Shown: positions 1 through 17,146 of the stretch, in pieces | Position numbering within the stretch: the stretch's first letter is position 1 | How the letters are laid out: each line of letters starts with the position of its first letter | Origin: Bugula neritina | Lineage: Eukaryota > Animalia > Bryozoa | Direction: 5' to 3' | Assembly: GCA_964035545.1 (NCBI GenBank) | Contig: OZ037766.1 | Span: forward strand, 22,184,767-22,248,766 | Length of the DNA: 64,000 nucleotides | Translations under genes and position numbers: made by a program | The notes under the pieces: generated by a model | Seen by the model: the letters and a program-made list of their open reading frames with translations, nothing else | What the model was told of the DNA's origin: nothing | Database searches by the model: none

Positions 1-201
1 TGATGTTCACCATAACGCAGATTGAAATATATACTAGAAGTCTTGGAACTTCCACCAAAACATAAAAACTAGCGTTGGGGAAATGAATATAAATTTTGCC
101 AGTGTTTACTGTGTAAACACAATAAACCTGTATAATGAATAAGTGGCAAAAACATTATTATAGTATTGAGTTACAGACAACCATAGACTTAGACCGGAGT
201 C

Positions 202-215
202 CAGGGGTGAGCAAC
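202..215 (+). mobile_element. Solo hAT-like terminal repeat
   Basis: CAGGGGTGAGCAAC differs by one base from the TIR of the MITE at 52972. No partner TIR was found. Confidence 0.35.
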
Positions 216-862
216 ATCTTCAAATCGCCCATTGCAACATTTTTTGCTGCTGAATGACCAGAAAAAAATGTGTGTGTTCTTTACTTGAACACTGCAAGAT
301 TTGTGTATCTTTCTGGCACTATAAAGAGCTTGGTTCCTATTTTGATGCATTATTTAATAGAAGCAATTTAGTTAGCAGCTTTTATCCATCAAGTAGAGAA
401 AGTTCTTGTTTCCATTGAAATTTTTTTTATTGAAGCATACATGGTGATAAAACTAAAAACATGTTTTAACTGAAACGAAAAAAGCTGTAAAACGAAAACA
501 TTTGGGTATGAGCAAAAGACGATTTTTTTCGTTAAATAATTAGTAAGGTCAAGAAGAAGGCAGTTCTACACAAAAGGTCACTTTGATCCCACAGCACTTT
601 ACAATAATATATTATTTATGTCCTAGTTTCGTAAATATTCTCATTTGAGTTTAAATTTTTTAACTTTAAAAATAATAACTATAAATTTAATCTAAAAAAT
701 ATTTCTCACTACTAATTAAAATTTAAATATATTCGAACATGCGGTCGTTAATTCGAAGTTTCAAACTTCCTGTTCCACCAAAGCTAAAAGTTGTCACGGT
801 TATATTATTACTAATATTGAGATCAAATAAATATTTTTTCGCGTTTAATGTAGCAGTTACAA

Positions 863-4892
<4,030 letters not shown>

Positions 4893-5952
4893 CAGGCTAA
4901 AATTTTAACTTATGGAAATAAATTCATCATCGCTAGCATTACAAGTCATTCCATGCTCAGAGTAGAAGTCAAAGGTCACTCAACTGAAATTGGCGCTCAT
5001 TTATAGATAGTTGCTAGTCACCCTATCAGTTTGTTGACATGTTTCTATTGACAACCAATTACAATATCTTAACTTATTCCCATTTCTTTATTGTCAATTT
5101 GCTGTACCAAAATATTTTCTATTTGCCACTCAGCAAGAATTTGGATTTCATGTCTATAGTTACCTTTCGGGCCAATCAGCTAGTTATCTGCTAGTAGTAT
5201 TTTATGCATATAGGTCATGAGCAAATAACTCCCATGTGTTAGGACTCGTTCACTTCTGTTGTAGGGTTGTCAACACAATTCATTGATAGTTATTAGATTA
5301 CTGTAATATATATTATTTAAATGTCTTCTTTTTCATGCTGAAGAAAACAATAATTTAATATACAATGATAATATATTAGTATATTAAATTACAATTATAA
5401 AATTTTAGTCTTTGATATTAATAAAAACATGAATAAATTCAACTCAAATGATACATCAGGTTACAGATGTAGGGAAAGAAATCTATAAGAGAATGATCAA
5501 GGAGATAATTATCATTATAATTATACTATAGTACAATAGTAAATGCATATCATATATTACAAAAGGTATAGCACCAACACTGGGATGATCTTAAGACGAC
5601 TGTAGCATTGCTTTCATAAATAAATAGAGTAACATTATAAATCATCACACATGTGGTGAAACTATAATCAAGTGTAAAATTTTACAATCATGTGATACAT
5701 AATTTGCTTCAATAACATTTACTGAATTCATTCTTGAGCAAATAAAATAAATTTGATGCATATCATAGTGCTGTCTTCAAAGATATGCAAAAATAGAATG
5801 TTTCTACAACCTTAACCAACCTGATGGGTAGTCAACTTGAGAGAAAGTATAAAAACAATAATTTAAAACATCCATAAATAATGGATAAAAAGTCAGTATA
5901 CAGAGAAAAGTTGTCAATGGGAAAGATATGAGCTGAAACGGAACAACACATG

Positions 5953-8900
5953 CTACATGGTGATGCCAGGTCCAGCCATGGAGTGGGAGGGGCTGGTGGG
6001 TGGACTAACGGCTTTATTTTGGTCTGGTAACACTCTTTCTACCAATTGTAGCATGTTCTGCCAGCAATGTGACAGCTAAAAGATGCAGTAATTACATACA
6101 GTATTAGGATATATACAGTAATTACATACAGTATTAGGATATATACAGTAATTACATACAGTATTGGGACATATACAGTATTACATACAGTATTAGGACA
6201 TTTACAGTACACAAACATGAAGTGCACACTAAATATACACTAAATTAGCTTCCAAAGCAAATTATGATTCCTTTCAATGATAAACACCAATGTGCAGCAT
6301 CTTGCTAATTTCGTAATTATTGGAGTGACTTTAGAATAAGATTTTGGCTCTTTATACTAATTGGGCATCAATAAATTATATTATTCGATAGCCTGGTAAA
6401 ATATATTTTTCTTCCTCCGGCAACTTTCAATTTTCCATACACTATGCTTCGAAATCAAGCAGGCTTTAGTAGCAGTAATGGCCATTATTATGAAGGACAA
6501 AGGGTGCTTTGATGCATGGAAAAATAGTGCTGGTATACACTGAATAGAGTGGACTATAAAATAATAGAGAACACACTAGATAAAATAAATATAATACAGA
6601 CTACATAACATATATGCCATGCACATACAGCCTACAGTGGGTACATGCTGTGTATGATATATAGAGTATACAATGCATACAGTACTCAGTACATTAAATA
6701 CTACTAAATGTACACACCTCTGCATATCCCTCAGCCTCTACTCCGGCCATCTGTTTGAATGCAGTTGACAGCATCATCATGTTAGAATGAATCAGCTGAG
6801 TTTCCATCTGAATGCAGTACAAGGAGAAATAACTCCTGTTCTCCATATTTGTTATGGCACTTTCTTGCTATTAAACATTACAATAATAGTAATAATGCCT
6901 TTAGTATGGTACAATGCTATATCTTATCAATTGTATAGCGGGTATAAAACAAAAATAATTTCAACTATACTAAAACCGTTTGTAGGCACTGAAGGAAGAA
7001 TAAATTCCTTCAACATTTCCTTCATTTTATTATAGTAAGTACTGTACTTACAGCAAGAATTCGACTTTCAAATTGCTCCCCGTTTCCAACCTAAAACCAG
7101 TTCAACAGCAAAATTTTCAAAACCGAACACAAAACAGCAAAGCAGTGTTGCTAATTTTGTGTTTTCAATCACAGATTCATGTTTATAAACTTTACAATCC
7201 ACAGCTAGGATTTTGGAAAAACTCCAATGAAGTCCTATAGTCCATGATATGTGACAGGAGTTATTCATTGGCTAACTAATTACAAGGCCTGTTGACAATG
7301 GTAATCATATTTATTGTAACTGCCCTCATTATGTTAATAGTGCCAGCAATGCTCAGTGAGTGTCAAGCCTTTCACAGTGTTCTAACTTATGTAAACAAAC
7401 AAGCAGTAGACTATTTCAATACCGATGATTGAGCAAGCATAGTAGTGACTGGGTGTATTGTGAAACAGCCACACTGCATTGATTCAGGGGTCACAGTTTA
7501 GTGTCTTCAGCACAAAAGCTCTATATTGCAAGTCTGTCAAGCAGGGAAAGTGAAAGAGTAACTCCCTTTCTCAATGTTTAACACTATGTGGTTGAATTAA
7601 TTAAAAATAAAAACTCAAACTAATTTCAAAACTAATTAAATGCCTCCACTACTTCGAGATCTTTTAGTAAGATTGGCAATAATTAACAGTTCAAATGTAT
7701 TTGTTAACCTTTCACCTCTCACCACCATGTCCTGATATGATATGTATTTATCAACAATTTAAAAAACACAAGTTGCACAAGAAAAACATTTTGTAAGCAG
7801 AGGAGCTTAATGCTCATATTGAGAACAATTGGCTTTTCTACTCAACATTCATTCAGAGCTAGGATGGGCAGGTAAAGCTGAGTTTAAAATCTCTTAAAAA
7901 TACATCTAACAGTGTTCTCCGGCATCAAAATTATTGTGCACAGATTAAATCTATACTTTTAGCAGATTATGGTGCTTACCTCTGAACTCCTAACAGCTGC
8001 TTGCATTTGTTTTTTCTTAATACTTCCCATTTTATGGAGAGCTCTTTGGTGATCACTCAGCACACCTTTCTGGTGACGATCACAAAGATCCTGAACAAGA
8101 TATTAGATTGTGAATATATAAGTGATTAGATCTGAAACTCTGTATAAGCTATGAGCACTTCAACTACAGAAATAGTGCAAATGACAATTTTCAAAAGTGT
8201 AAGTTTAAAGGGTAACTAGTAGGTTGAAACTGCTACAAAATAAACAATTTATTTTACAAACCATCAGAGCTATCATGTAATCAAGTTCAATTCAGAAAGT
8301 ATAGTAGGTTCTGAGCCCATAATATACAAAATTTGCACTCAAGTGGCTAAACTATGTGTTTACTTATTTATCCTTTGTATTCTGAAACTGCATTACAAAC
8401 TCCTGGGTGAACTTTCATGTTGTGAACTAGCTAGCTAACTACTACTTATCATTCACTGCATTTAGTGCTTACTATCATGCCATGCACTTTGACAAAACAA
8501 AGTATCAACTACAAGTTTTTTGCTAAAGTTGAAGAATGCTAATACCATGTAGAACAGGTAAGCTCAATGCTTTACACTGCAACTCAAACTGCAAAATACA
8601 TACTCTAAATTAAGCCATAGTAACATTGCAGTTTAAACTTAAAACAGTTGAGCACTTTCTAAAAATTATTTCCTTCAGCACCTCATCATTATACAGAAGA
8701 TAACTTCAAATATGACGGATACATGACAAGTTTTCAAACTCAAGATCATGTATGTTTTCCAAATAACAGCAGTCAACTTCTCTTGTCTAATCTTTCCGAC
8801 ACCACAACATGCAACGCCTCCAAGAGATAAACCTATATTTATCAACTGTCAATAAAGTTTGAATGATTCTTGCAATAAACTTCATGTAGTCAAGTACCTC

Positions 8901-11900
8901 GAGTACTATACATGTACGTGTGTACACCACCCGCAACATTCACAAATACTTCATGAAAAGGTGCCATTCTATGAATTTTTTAACTCAATCAAGAAACAAG
9001 CCACTACAGGACAATAATCAGCAACAGAGGTGCAAAGAATTCACCAAGTGACTACATCATTTGCCAATGATAAAACCTCCGTGGCACGTAACTCGAAACA
9101 AGAACTTGCTTTGTAAATGTCACATTGTTTTCACAAACTTTAGTACTTATACGCATCCCATAATGAAGTTACATACATGCTGCAAATACTGCTTGTATTT
9201 TCTTCCTAAAGGCTTACTAAATTCATGTGGCAGGTTTCCTGATGTTTGTTTTTGACATATAAGCAGAGTTTGCTACAACTATTATAACAGTTGGAAATTA
9301 GTGAAATTGAGACAAATAACCATAGCTTGAACAGAACCCAACTTAATTGGTAACACTTTATATGCAGAAGGTAGGAAACAGTCGCGGTCTAGGGGTTAGA
9401 GCGATGGCTTAGTAAACACGAAGACATGGGTTCTATCCCCAGTCAAGGCCATCGGTGATGCTAGGAAGAGTATCCAGCCATAATTGCTTATGTGCCCCAT
9501 CTGAATAAGTCCTTCGACTGTTACAGGGATAGTGACCATAAAATTTTTGAATGTAGAAGGTGAAAACAATAGTTTCTCAGATTTTTCAATATTTAAATGG
9601 TGGTATCCGATAAATTGCATTTTCGGGTAGTGAAACAAATGTATCTACCAAAATAGGGAGTATAATGTTCTAATGTTGTGCTTATTATTTTACTCTTACT
9701 CTCTTACCCTGTAGGCTAATAGCAAGGCAAGAAATGCTTCCAGTTCCTCTAAAACTCTCAGCTCTTCATTGGCTGCTTTCCTTGTGGCCTTTTCCGAGAG
9801 AGCTGAATACTCGACGGACATGTGTTTAAACCCCTTCTGCAACGTCTGCCAGTTTGTTGAAGATCCTGTGGCCCAGGCAGTCGACGAATTTGCAGTCATT
9901 GCACTGGTAAACAAAATTATAATTCTAAATTCTTAAAATTGAAGTTTGATAGAAAATGTTTAAAGCAAGCAAATTCATGAGTGGAACTATTCCAACTACA
10001 GAAAATACAAATTTTTGCAAGTGAGATACTTTATCACTAAACTAATGCCAAAGCATAAAAATCAAGAAGATGACGTGAAATCGATACATATAAAAATTAT
10101 TTCCTTTCAACAGAAGTTTTGGGAAAGGAGTGAGTATGTGAAGACGAATTTTTCTTTAAATGAAAAATCATGTTTCTATAAAGTATGTCACGGGTTTAGG
10201 TGCCTAAGTATGATCTAATAATGAATTATAAAAAACTCTATTTCAAATACAACGAAACATTGAAAATCATGAAATTACTGAAAGGAAGCTAAATGTTACT
10301 AATTTGTTTCAATATTAACCAAAGTAAGAAAACTAAATGAGAATTGAGCAGAAGTGAAAAAGACTGAGTGATTAAATGAATATAAAACAATGATTGGGAG
10401 GTAGGAATTTGGGGATTGGTGAAAAGTGAGTGAATAGGAGTGACGCTATAATCAATAAAACTTACTCGAGTTCCACTGCAATTTTTTTCATATCAACGGA
10501 GAGTTCCAGAGAGCGTCGCACTAGTCTATCCATTACCTCTTTCAGTCTAGACACACTCTGGACAAGAGTAGATATAAAACTTCTGCTACTTGCATATTGC
10601 ACTTGAGTGTCCATTGGTACCAGCTCCTTCAATCACAGCGCATGTAATAACAGTAAGAATCAAACTAGGCCAATGACATCACAGGTAGCATTATCAGGGA
10701 AAATGACCAATCGATTGAATTAATGAATAACTAAACAAAAAGGTTAACAAGTGCAAAGTTTACGTATAAACTACAATGCCTACGGAGTTTTTTCTAAACT
10801 TGATGCCACATGATGGGTGCATTGTTAAACTATATGTGAATGTGATGTTAAATTCTATAGCATATAGATCATTAAATAGACATCAGGTATAGCTAGTCTT
10901 AGTATTAAACTAGTATCCAAGTGTAGTGATGAAGATTGTAACATATACAACAATCCCAGTTGGGACTCACTTTGGCTTTGAGTGCCAGCTCATTGGTCAT
11001 AAACTCGTCAGGGGCACTTCGGAAGTTGTCTCTCAACTTTGATTGGCAGTCCTAAGAGAGAACATTTACAGAACATTACAGCAACAGAATATACAACAAA
11101 TTTAAATGCTGGAGGTGATTACATTTGATAATAATAACTATGTCAAGCAGCATGTCAACACAAACTCCCTGAAACAATTTAAAATGCACTAAAAATATTT
11201 AATCACAACATTTAACAAAAAACACCCAAATATCCATCTCACAGAAACTTCTTACAACTGTCACATGCATCTATTCATCTACCGGCTATACTACACCGTG
11301 TATTGGTAATACTACAACATAGAGGAATATCTTACTGAGCCATTGAATGTGAGGAAGTATTTAAGAACGCCGAGTCTGTCCTCAGCAATCACTGGATGTC
11401 GAGCTATGATGTTCAGAAACCTTCTCAGAGACTTTCTCCGACTTTCCAGAAACTCTGTGGAATTGGCTATAAAAAGGGACAGGGAAACTGCAGGTCAAGT
11501 TCACTGGTGAAGTCACATTAAAGTTCAATGTTTAGTGTTATACACTACAGAGTATCATTTATTAAGTCTAGTGTTACAGTAATCAAAGAACAACATACAT
11601 GTGCAGTGCATTCAAAACCCATACATTCAGATCTGACTAGTTATATTTATACAGTGTTAAACTATGTAAGATTAATTGGCTACATCTGAGATACAGCTTC
11701 ATAGTCTTCAACTCAGACAACCTAATGGCGACACCAAGTACGGTGGTGAAGATAATTACTACAAACTAAAACTAATATAACAAATAATATAATAATATAA
11801 CTAATATTACAAATATAACTTTGTTTTATTGGGCTTTTTGTTACTTGGGTCAGTTATTGGAATAATTATAACTGTAATATATGCTGTATATATCCATACC

Positions 11901-14900
11901 AATACTTGTCAGTTTACATATATACACTCATACTAATCGGTTTGAGTTTGAACTTGAAATCAACCTTAATTAGATAAGTCAGCTTTTGGTTTTATATAAT
12001 TTGTAATTCCATTAGAAATAAAGAGACAAGAGTTTACAAGTATTCCACTAGAGTTAGCCGAAGTCTTCATTAAAATAACTTTCTTTATTGAAGGTTGAAA
12101 AAAAGGTGTTCTAACTTTTAATGTTCAAATGAGTCCAAATATGCTATAACTACAAAAACAAACACACAAGTCTGAAACTGTAGTTAGCTGATGGCTAAGA
12201 TTTTTCTGGACATCATAATATTACATATATGAAACTAATCAGCCCTGCTTTAATGTAAATAACATAGCAGTGGCTAATCATTTACCAGCAAACTTTTTAG
12301 GAGGTAGAGAGGGTATAATTCTATATGGATATCTGTGTACGAGGGCTTCATGTAAGGCTATGAAATCATTGTATCTTCTCCCAACAGTCATCTTGTACCT
12401 CTAAAATAGAATTACACATATCTTTCAGGCAGTGGTCGCAGTGGTAGTAGTAGTGGTAGTAGTAGTATTGGCAGTAGTATTAGTAGCAGCAGCAGCAGTA
12501 GTAGTATCAGTAGTAGCAGTGTAGTAGTGGTGGTGATAGCAATGACAGCATCAGTGATTTTAACCAAAATAGTTTGGAAGTCAACAGTTCATAATTTGAC
12601 AGGTTTTCTCTTGCCCTACACAGTGTATAGTATAACATAAACCCGCCTCTGCCAAGCAACCAGCAAACCTATTTTTGACAGCCTGAAAATATAATTCTTT
12701 ATTGGCAACTTATTATTGGTACATTTCCACAATGAAATGGCAGTTCTGCCCAGCGGAACCTGCACACCGCAGTGGTGTATTGATACTACATTTATATACT
12801 GTGGTGATAATGAAAGCTGTGTTGACTGCATGAAACGAGATGGCATCTTACAAGGTGAAAGCAAATTAAGACTGTAAGACACTAATCTGTTGGAATATTG
12901 AAGCAATTCTAATATGAAAAAATGAAATAGTTGAATCAACTGCTTGAGTATACTGTCTTCGTGAAAAGCTACTTGAAATCCAGCCACCCGAGACCCCATT
13001 TTGATTGAGTAGCATGAATATCTAACTATTTTCAATCATTTCATCAGTTTTTGAGTGTGGGTGGACCCTGCCTATTTACAACTGTGAATAAGTGTTAGAA
13101 AGCCAGCTGTAGAAACTCCTCATATTGGCAAAACCTGGCAGCTGCTTTTGTGATTAAATTTATGACGAAATAATTCCATCCCAAAGTCAAGATCAATAAA
13201 ATTTCTAGTAATCAACAAGGCTTCACGTGGTGTTTGTAGAAATGTAAACAAGGCTTAATGGGAATATAACTCAATCAAAGTTCAAGCTTTAGACTCAGTA
13301 ACTCAATTTTAGCTAGCTGTAAATTGTAGATTTATGCAGTACTACAGCATAGTGGCACCCCTAGAAGCCATCTGGTAATTATTAGTGTTGTTAATACAGT
13401 GTAACTATACGAAGCAAATATGCTATGATATAACACACTATAATAATAACATACTGTAATGGTAAAGCTATACTGAAGAGAGCTAGAACTTTTATTTATC
13501 TTGAAGGTCAAAATAAAATAGTTTATTCAAGTAGTTAAAAATCGAGTTGTTAATTTGTATGACTTTAGAAATCTGTACTGTAGTTGAACAGCCTAAAGAT
13601 TCTAAGTAGGAGTAAAGGTGGAAGGTGTCACAGGTGCTAACTTAAGTGTTACAAAGCCAGCAATTAGCAATACAATGTGATAAACTGCTGTGTACTATAA
13701 ATCAACCTGTGAATGAATACTGAAAGCAGTAGGCTTTAATTAGCACTAGTAAAGTTACTCATGGAAAACATGAACAGCTATTCATTGGGCATTAGCACTC
13801 CAAATAGACTGACGAGTTCTTGAATGATACTCTTTCTAAGGCAAAAGAGGTAGGTGCAGTAATAGAGAAATTGAGAAAAGCCTGTGTTCTAGATTAGAAA
13901 TGAAAGAACTTAGGCTATCTCAATTTCTCCACTACTGCTCCTACATAAGCCAAAAACCTCAACTTTTGCTCAGCAATTAAAAGTAATTGAGGAAGATGGA
14001 ATTTGTGTGAAAAGATATCTAAATAATTTCCTAGGTTCCAAACTAAGCTGACATTAAATTACCGATTGAAAACTCTAGTTTTGTAAGAATGTACGCAGCC
14101 CACTTGACAATGATAGTTAGTATTAAAAGAAGTTGTCACAGTGAAAACCTGATGATAAATTGGGAAAAAACTCTCTATCCGCCACTTTAGACTGCAGATC
14201 ATTACTATAATACTGAAAATACAGCATCAGTCAAATTACATTATTCAAACTAATAGGTGCCACTATGTAGTGAAAGAAAGCTCTATCAACTAAACTTGTA
14301 GAAATTGGTAAGTTAACCATAAAACAAATACACTATTTTAATTTAAATTTTTCATAAAACTTATAACTAATAAGTGCTTAAATGTGTGCATATATAAGCT
14401 TATAAACACATTCAAAACAACAAATTACAGTTTTTAGAGTATTTAAAATTTAAGTAAACAGGGCATAAGTTTAGAGTCAATGTTGTATGGAGTGATTTAC
14501 TGCTGAATTAGTTAAATCTATAGTATTATTCACCTGACTGGTAACACTGTATTCCACATGCTTTAGTATAACACCCTTCTTCTCCGGAACCAAGTCTACT
14601 TTGATAGAGTCAATCTCACTTAGCTCTAAGTATGATAAACTCAACATAGTAGTTGTGTTGTTGTTCTGTATCCGCAGCTTTGCACTCTCTTGCTTTAGTT
14701 CACACAATTCTCCAATATTTGGTGTAGGCAGCTCTGTATTAGCAGAAAGTTACCATCGTAAGTAGTGCTAGTAGCAGTATTAGTAGCAGTAGTAGTATTG
14801 GTAGTGCTAATAGTAGTATTAGTATTGGTAGCATTAATATTGGCAGTATTAGTATTAGTGGTAATAGTATTAGTAGTCACAGCAGGAGTAGTAGTAGTAA

Positions 14901-16074
14901 TAGTAGCAGTAAATTAATAATTAATTAAATAAGTAATGCAGAAAAAATTGCCTGACCTACAGTCACTTATATGCCAACATAGTCAATACCTTTGCCTGAG
15001 AATGATTCCAAAAGTTTTTCGTTAACAGATTTTCCTTGCTGAGCCAGAGCACAGAGTGCTAGAGCTTTGTAAACACCAGTTCTTGTTAAATGACCTTGAC
15101 CATTACTAGACAACTCTAAAATCTACAAAGCAAACATTATTTTCATTAGTAAATTCGATTTGAATATTTTATGCTGCTCCTAAGAAAATGTAACATGAAG
15201 TAACGACAGTCAGAATTAAAAATATTCAAGTTTTTCAATATTAACCAGAGACATATTGGTATTTACCTTGAAAAGCCATCTTGAAAACCGTGACAGTAAG
15301 TTGGTAGTTTTAAATCTAAAGGCTTAGCTGTCAAATTATTATTAGAAAGTAACTTAGCATATGTAATTAGATAAAGTTAAGCACAACTTCGTGATTAGGG
15401 TTTATGGAGAATAAGACTTTAGTGATCAAACTTGAATGCTACTAATGATAAAAACTAGATCAAAATAATATGATTATAACTTTTAAGTAATAAGTTGATC
15501 CACTTCCAGCACGGGTATTGTGTAGTTTTAGTTTTAATCATATAATCACTCTCTAGTAACTATACTAACAGTCACCAGCATATACAGCCGATAACAATTA
15601 TAGGGAAACGCCCCCTTCTAATCGCTATCGACCTTTTCAACTTTTCTATCTAGGTCAATTAAAACATTAGCGTGACCTTAGAACTTGTCAGTTTGTATCA
15701 GCATTCACTAAATGATTCAGTATTGTAAATATTACCATACAATAAAATTGCTGAAAAAGCCCAGAATTTTAAATATTTCCACTAAGTTTAACAAAACCAC
15801 CAGTCTGACCTGCGTCAATGTCACAGTATCTAGTCCAACTTTCCCTACAAAAATTTTCATAAATGACTCTTTTGTAAGGTGATCTTGTGTAGGACATAAT
15901 GTTTCATAAACCTCTCTGTAGAAAGCCGGGACAGACCCTAAAACATTAAATAGTCGTGTTAAACTGTATTTTAATAACGAGCATATTGCCTATAAAAAGT
16001 GTTCGAACAAACCGGCAACAGTTTTAAATACAAATAATAATATTTTACTTGCCAAAAGACATGTCTACCGCCAT
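5953..16074 (-). CDS. SNX8: Sorting nexin-8 (Mvp1-like N-terminus, PX and BAR domains; 13 coding exons)
   Basis: Exons 16074-16053, 15937-15810, 15122-14990, 14733-14534, 12400-12286, 11466-11336, 11051-10971, 10626-10466, 9903-9708, 8090-7980, 7090-7052, 6867-6718, 6075-5953. Peptides include VDLVPEKKGVILKHVEYSVTSQ, RRYNDFIALHEALVHRYPYRIIPSLPPKK (PX), FLESRRKSLRRFLNIIARHPV, DLCDRHQKGVLSDHQRAL and ENRSYFSLYCIQMETQLIH. Confidence 0.93.
6086..6209. repeat. 30-bp minisatellite, about 4 copies (CAGTAATTACATACAGTATTAGGATATATA)
   Basis: Directly visible tandem units starting at 6086, 6116, 6146 and 6176, abutting the acceptor of the last SNX8 exon. Confidence 0.9.
9373..9550 (+). mobile_element. 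tRNA-derived SINE, copy A
   Basis: A-box-like CGGTCTAGGGGTTAG, B-box-like GGTTCTATCCC and shared core GGTGATGCTAGGAAGAGTATCCAG. Flanked by an imperfect 11-bp TSD ATG(C/T)AGAAGGT (9362-9372 / 9551-9561). Confidence 0.85.
12430..12550. repeat. (GTA/GCA)n low-complexity tract
   Basis: Degenerate trinucleotide run in an SNX8 intron. A similar tract at about 14760-14910 explains the Thr/Asn-rich spurious ORF there. Confidence 0.8.
13850..13944. mobile_element. Short foldback/MITE-like element
   Basis: About 33-bp imperfect inverted repeats GTAGGTGCAGTAATAGAGAAATTGAGAAAAGCCT ... AGGCTATCTCAATTTCTCCACTACTGCTCCTAC. A related fragment lies at about 62894-62920. Confidence 0.6.
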
Positions 16075-16352
16075 CGTTTATTTTAATTTTATTTATAGTC
16101 TTTATTCAAAGTTATGCTGCATTATGGTAAACATTTTATTTTTGTTTTTTTTAAATTTTGTTTTAGCAAAATTTTTATTATAATTATAATTACTAACGTG
16201 TAATTTTTTTTAAAATAGTTTGAGAGTGCATAAGCGCGTCCTCTAGCGACCGTTGGTATGCAAGCGTGCAAACATACATTTAAGTTGCACAATGTCGAAG
16301 TGAACCTCACAAAGACGACTTTGTGTTAGACTTTAAGGCTCGTTTAACAAGG
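16075..16352. promoter_or_regulatory. Probable bidirectional promoter / IQCE non-coding first exon
   Basis: SNX8 ATG at 16074 points left. A locally CpG-containing patch spans 16230-16345, with a plus-strand donor AAGG|GTATGT at 16353 and an acceptor at 18718 just ahead of the IQCE ATG. Inferred without TSS data. Confidence 0.5.
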
Positions 16353-16934
16353 GTATGTGCATAAGATTTGAGAATTTTTACAGACAGTTGTAATTCTTAC
16401 TAGTTTTGTGGTATAATGAAAGACTATAAAAACAGTTTCTCTTGTTATGACTCGTGAATGAATTTAAATTGACTCATAAGACTGAGTCATGACTGTAAGT
16501 CAAAGTGTAAGTGTTACTGCTAGTGCTAGACTTAGTGTTTTAACTGTTTTGACTTTTAATTTTGACTGCTGAATGTCAGTCTGCGAAAGCGTTTATGAAC
16601 TAATGAATTACAATGGCTATCAGTATAAGACGGAATATGACTATCACTATGACAATGAGTGAATGACTGAACGTAAAGCCAAAGGAAGTTAAACTCATTA
16701 AAGGAGTACGACAATCACAATGGTCGTCATAAACTCTAATGTTTGCATGTTGTTATTTAAGTTAAATTATTATTGACTAAAATTTAAAACCATATTCAAT
16801 TATGAATTATTATAATTTATTATGAATATGATAAAGTAAAAGTGACTACGATCATGATGATCAGTTATTATTTACGTTTTTATTATTATTACTATTACTT
16901 GTAGTTATAATTTAAAATATTATAGTTATACTTT

Positions 16935-17146
16935 AGAGAACAGCCGTGGTCTAGGGGTTAAAGCGTTTGCTTTGTGAACACAAATTTATGGGTTCGAACC
17001 CCGATCAAGGCCACTGGTGATGTTAGGAAGAGCATCCAGTCGTAATTGCTCCTGTGCCTCATCTGAACAAGTCCTGAGCCCTTTCTAACAAAAACCCTTT
17101 CCATCAGGGGTTTCTCGCAGGGATAGCGACTATAAATTAGCGCGAG
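16935..17146 (+). mobile_element. tRNA-derived SINE, copy B (full length)
   Basis: A box TGGTCTAGGGGTTAA, B box GGTTCGAACCC, core GGTGATGTTAGGAAGAGCATCCAGTCGTAATTGCTCC. Perfect 11-bp TSD AGTTATACTTT (16924-16934 / 17147-17157). Confidence 0.92.

Noticed and set aside
1-127. Open minus-strand frame after a TACAG acceptor (VYCVYTVNTGKIYIHFPNASF...) running off the window
   Set aside because: Could be an exon of a neighbouring gene, but it is too short and unrecognisable to support.
6086-6209. Regularly spaced repeats resembling a CRISPR array
   Set aside because: Head-to-tail tandem units with no unique spacers, in a eukaryotic intron.
12616-13035. 139-aa minus-strand ORF in an SNX8 intron
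   Set aside because: No recognisable motif, non-ATG start, and the SNX8 model is complete without it.
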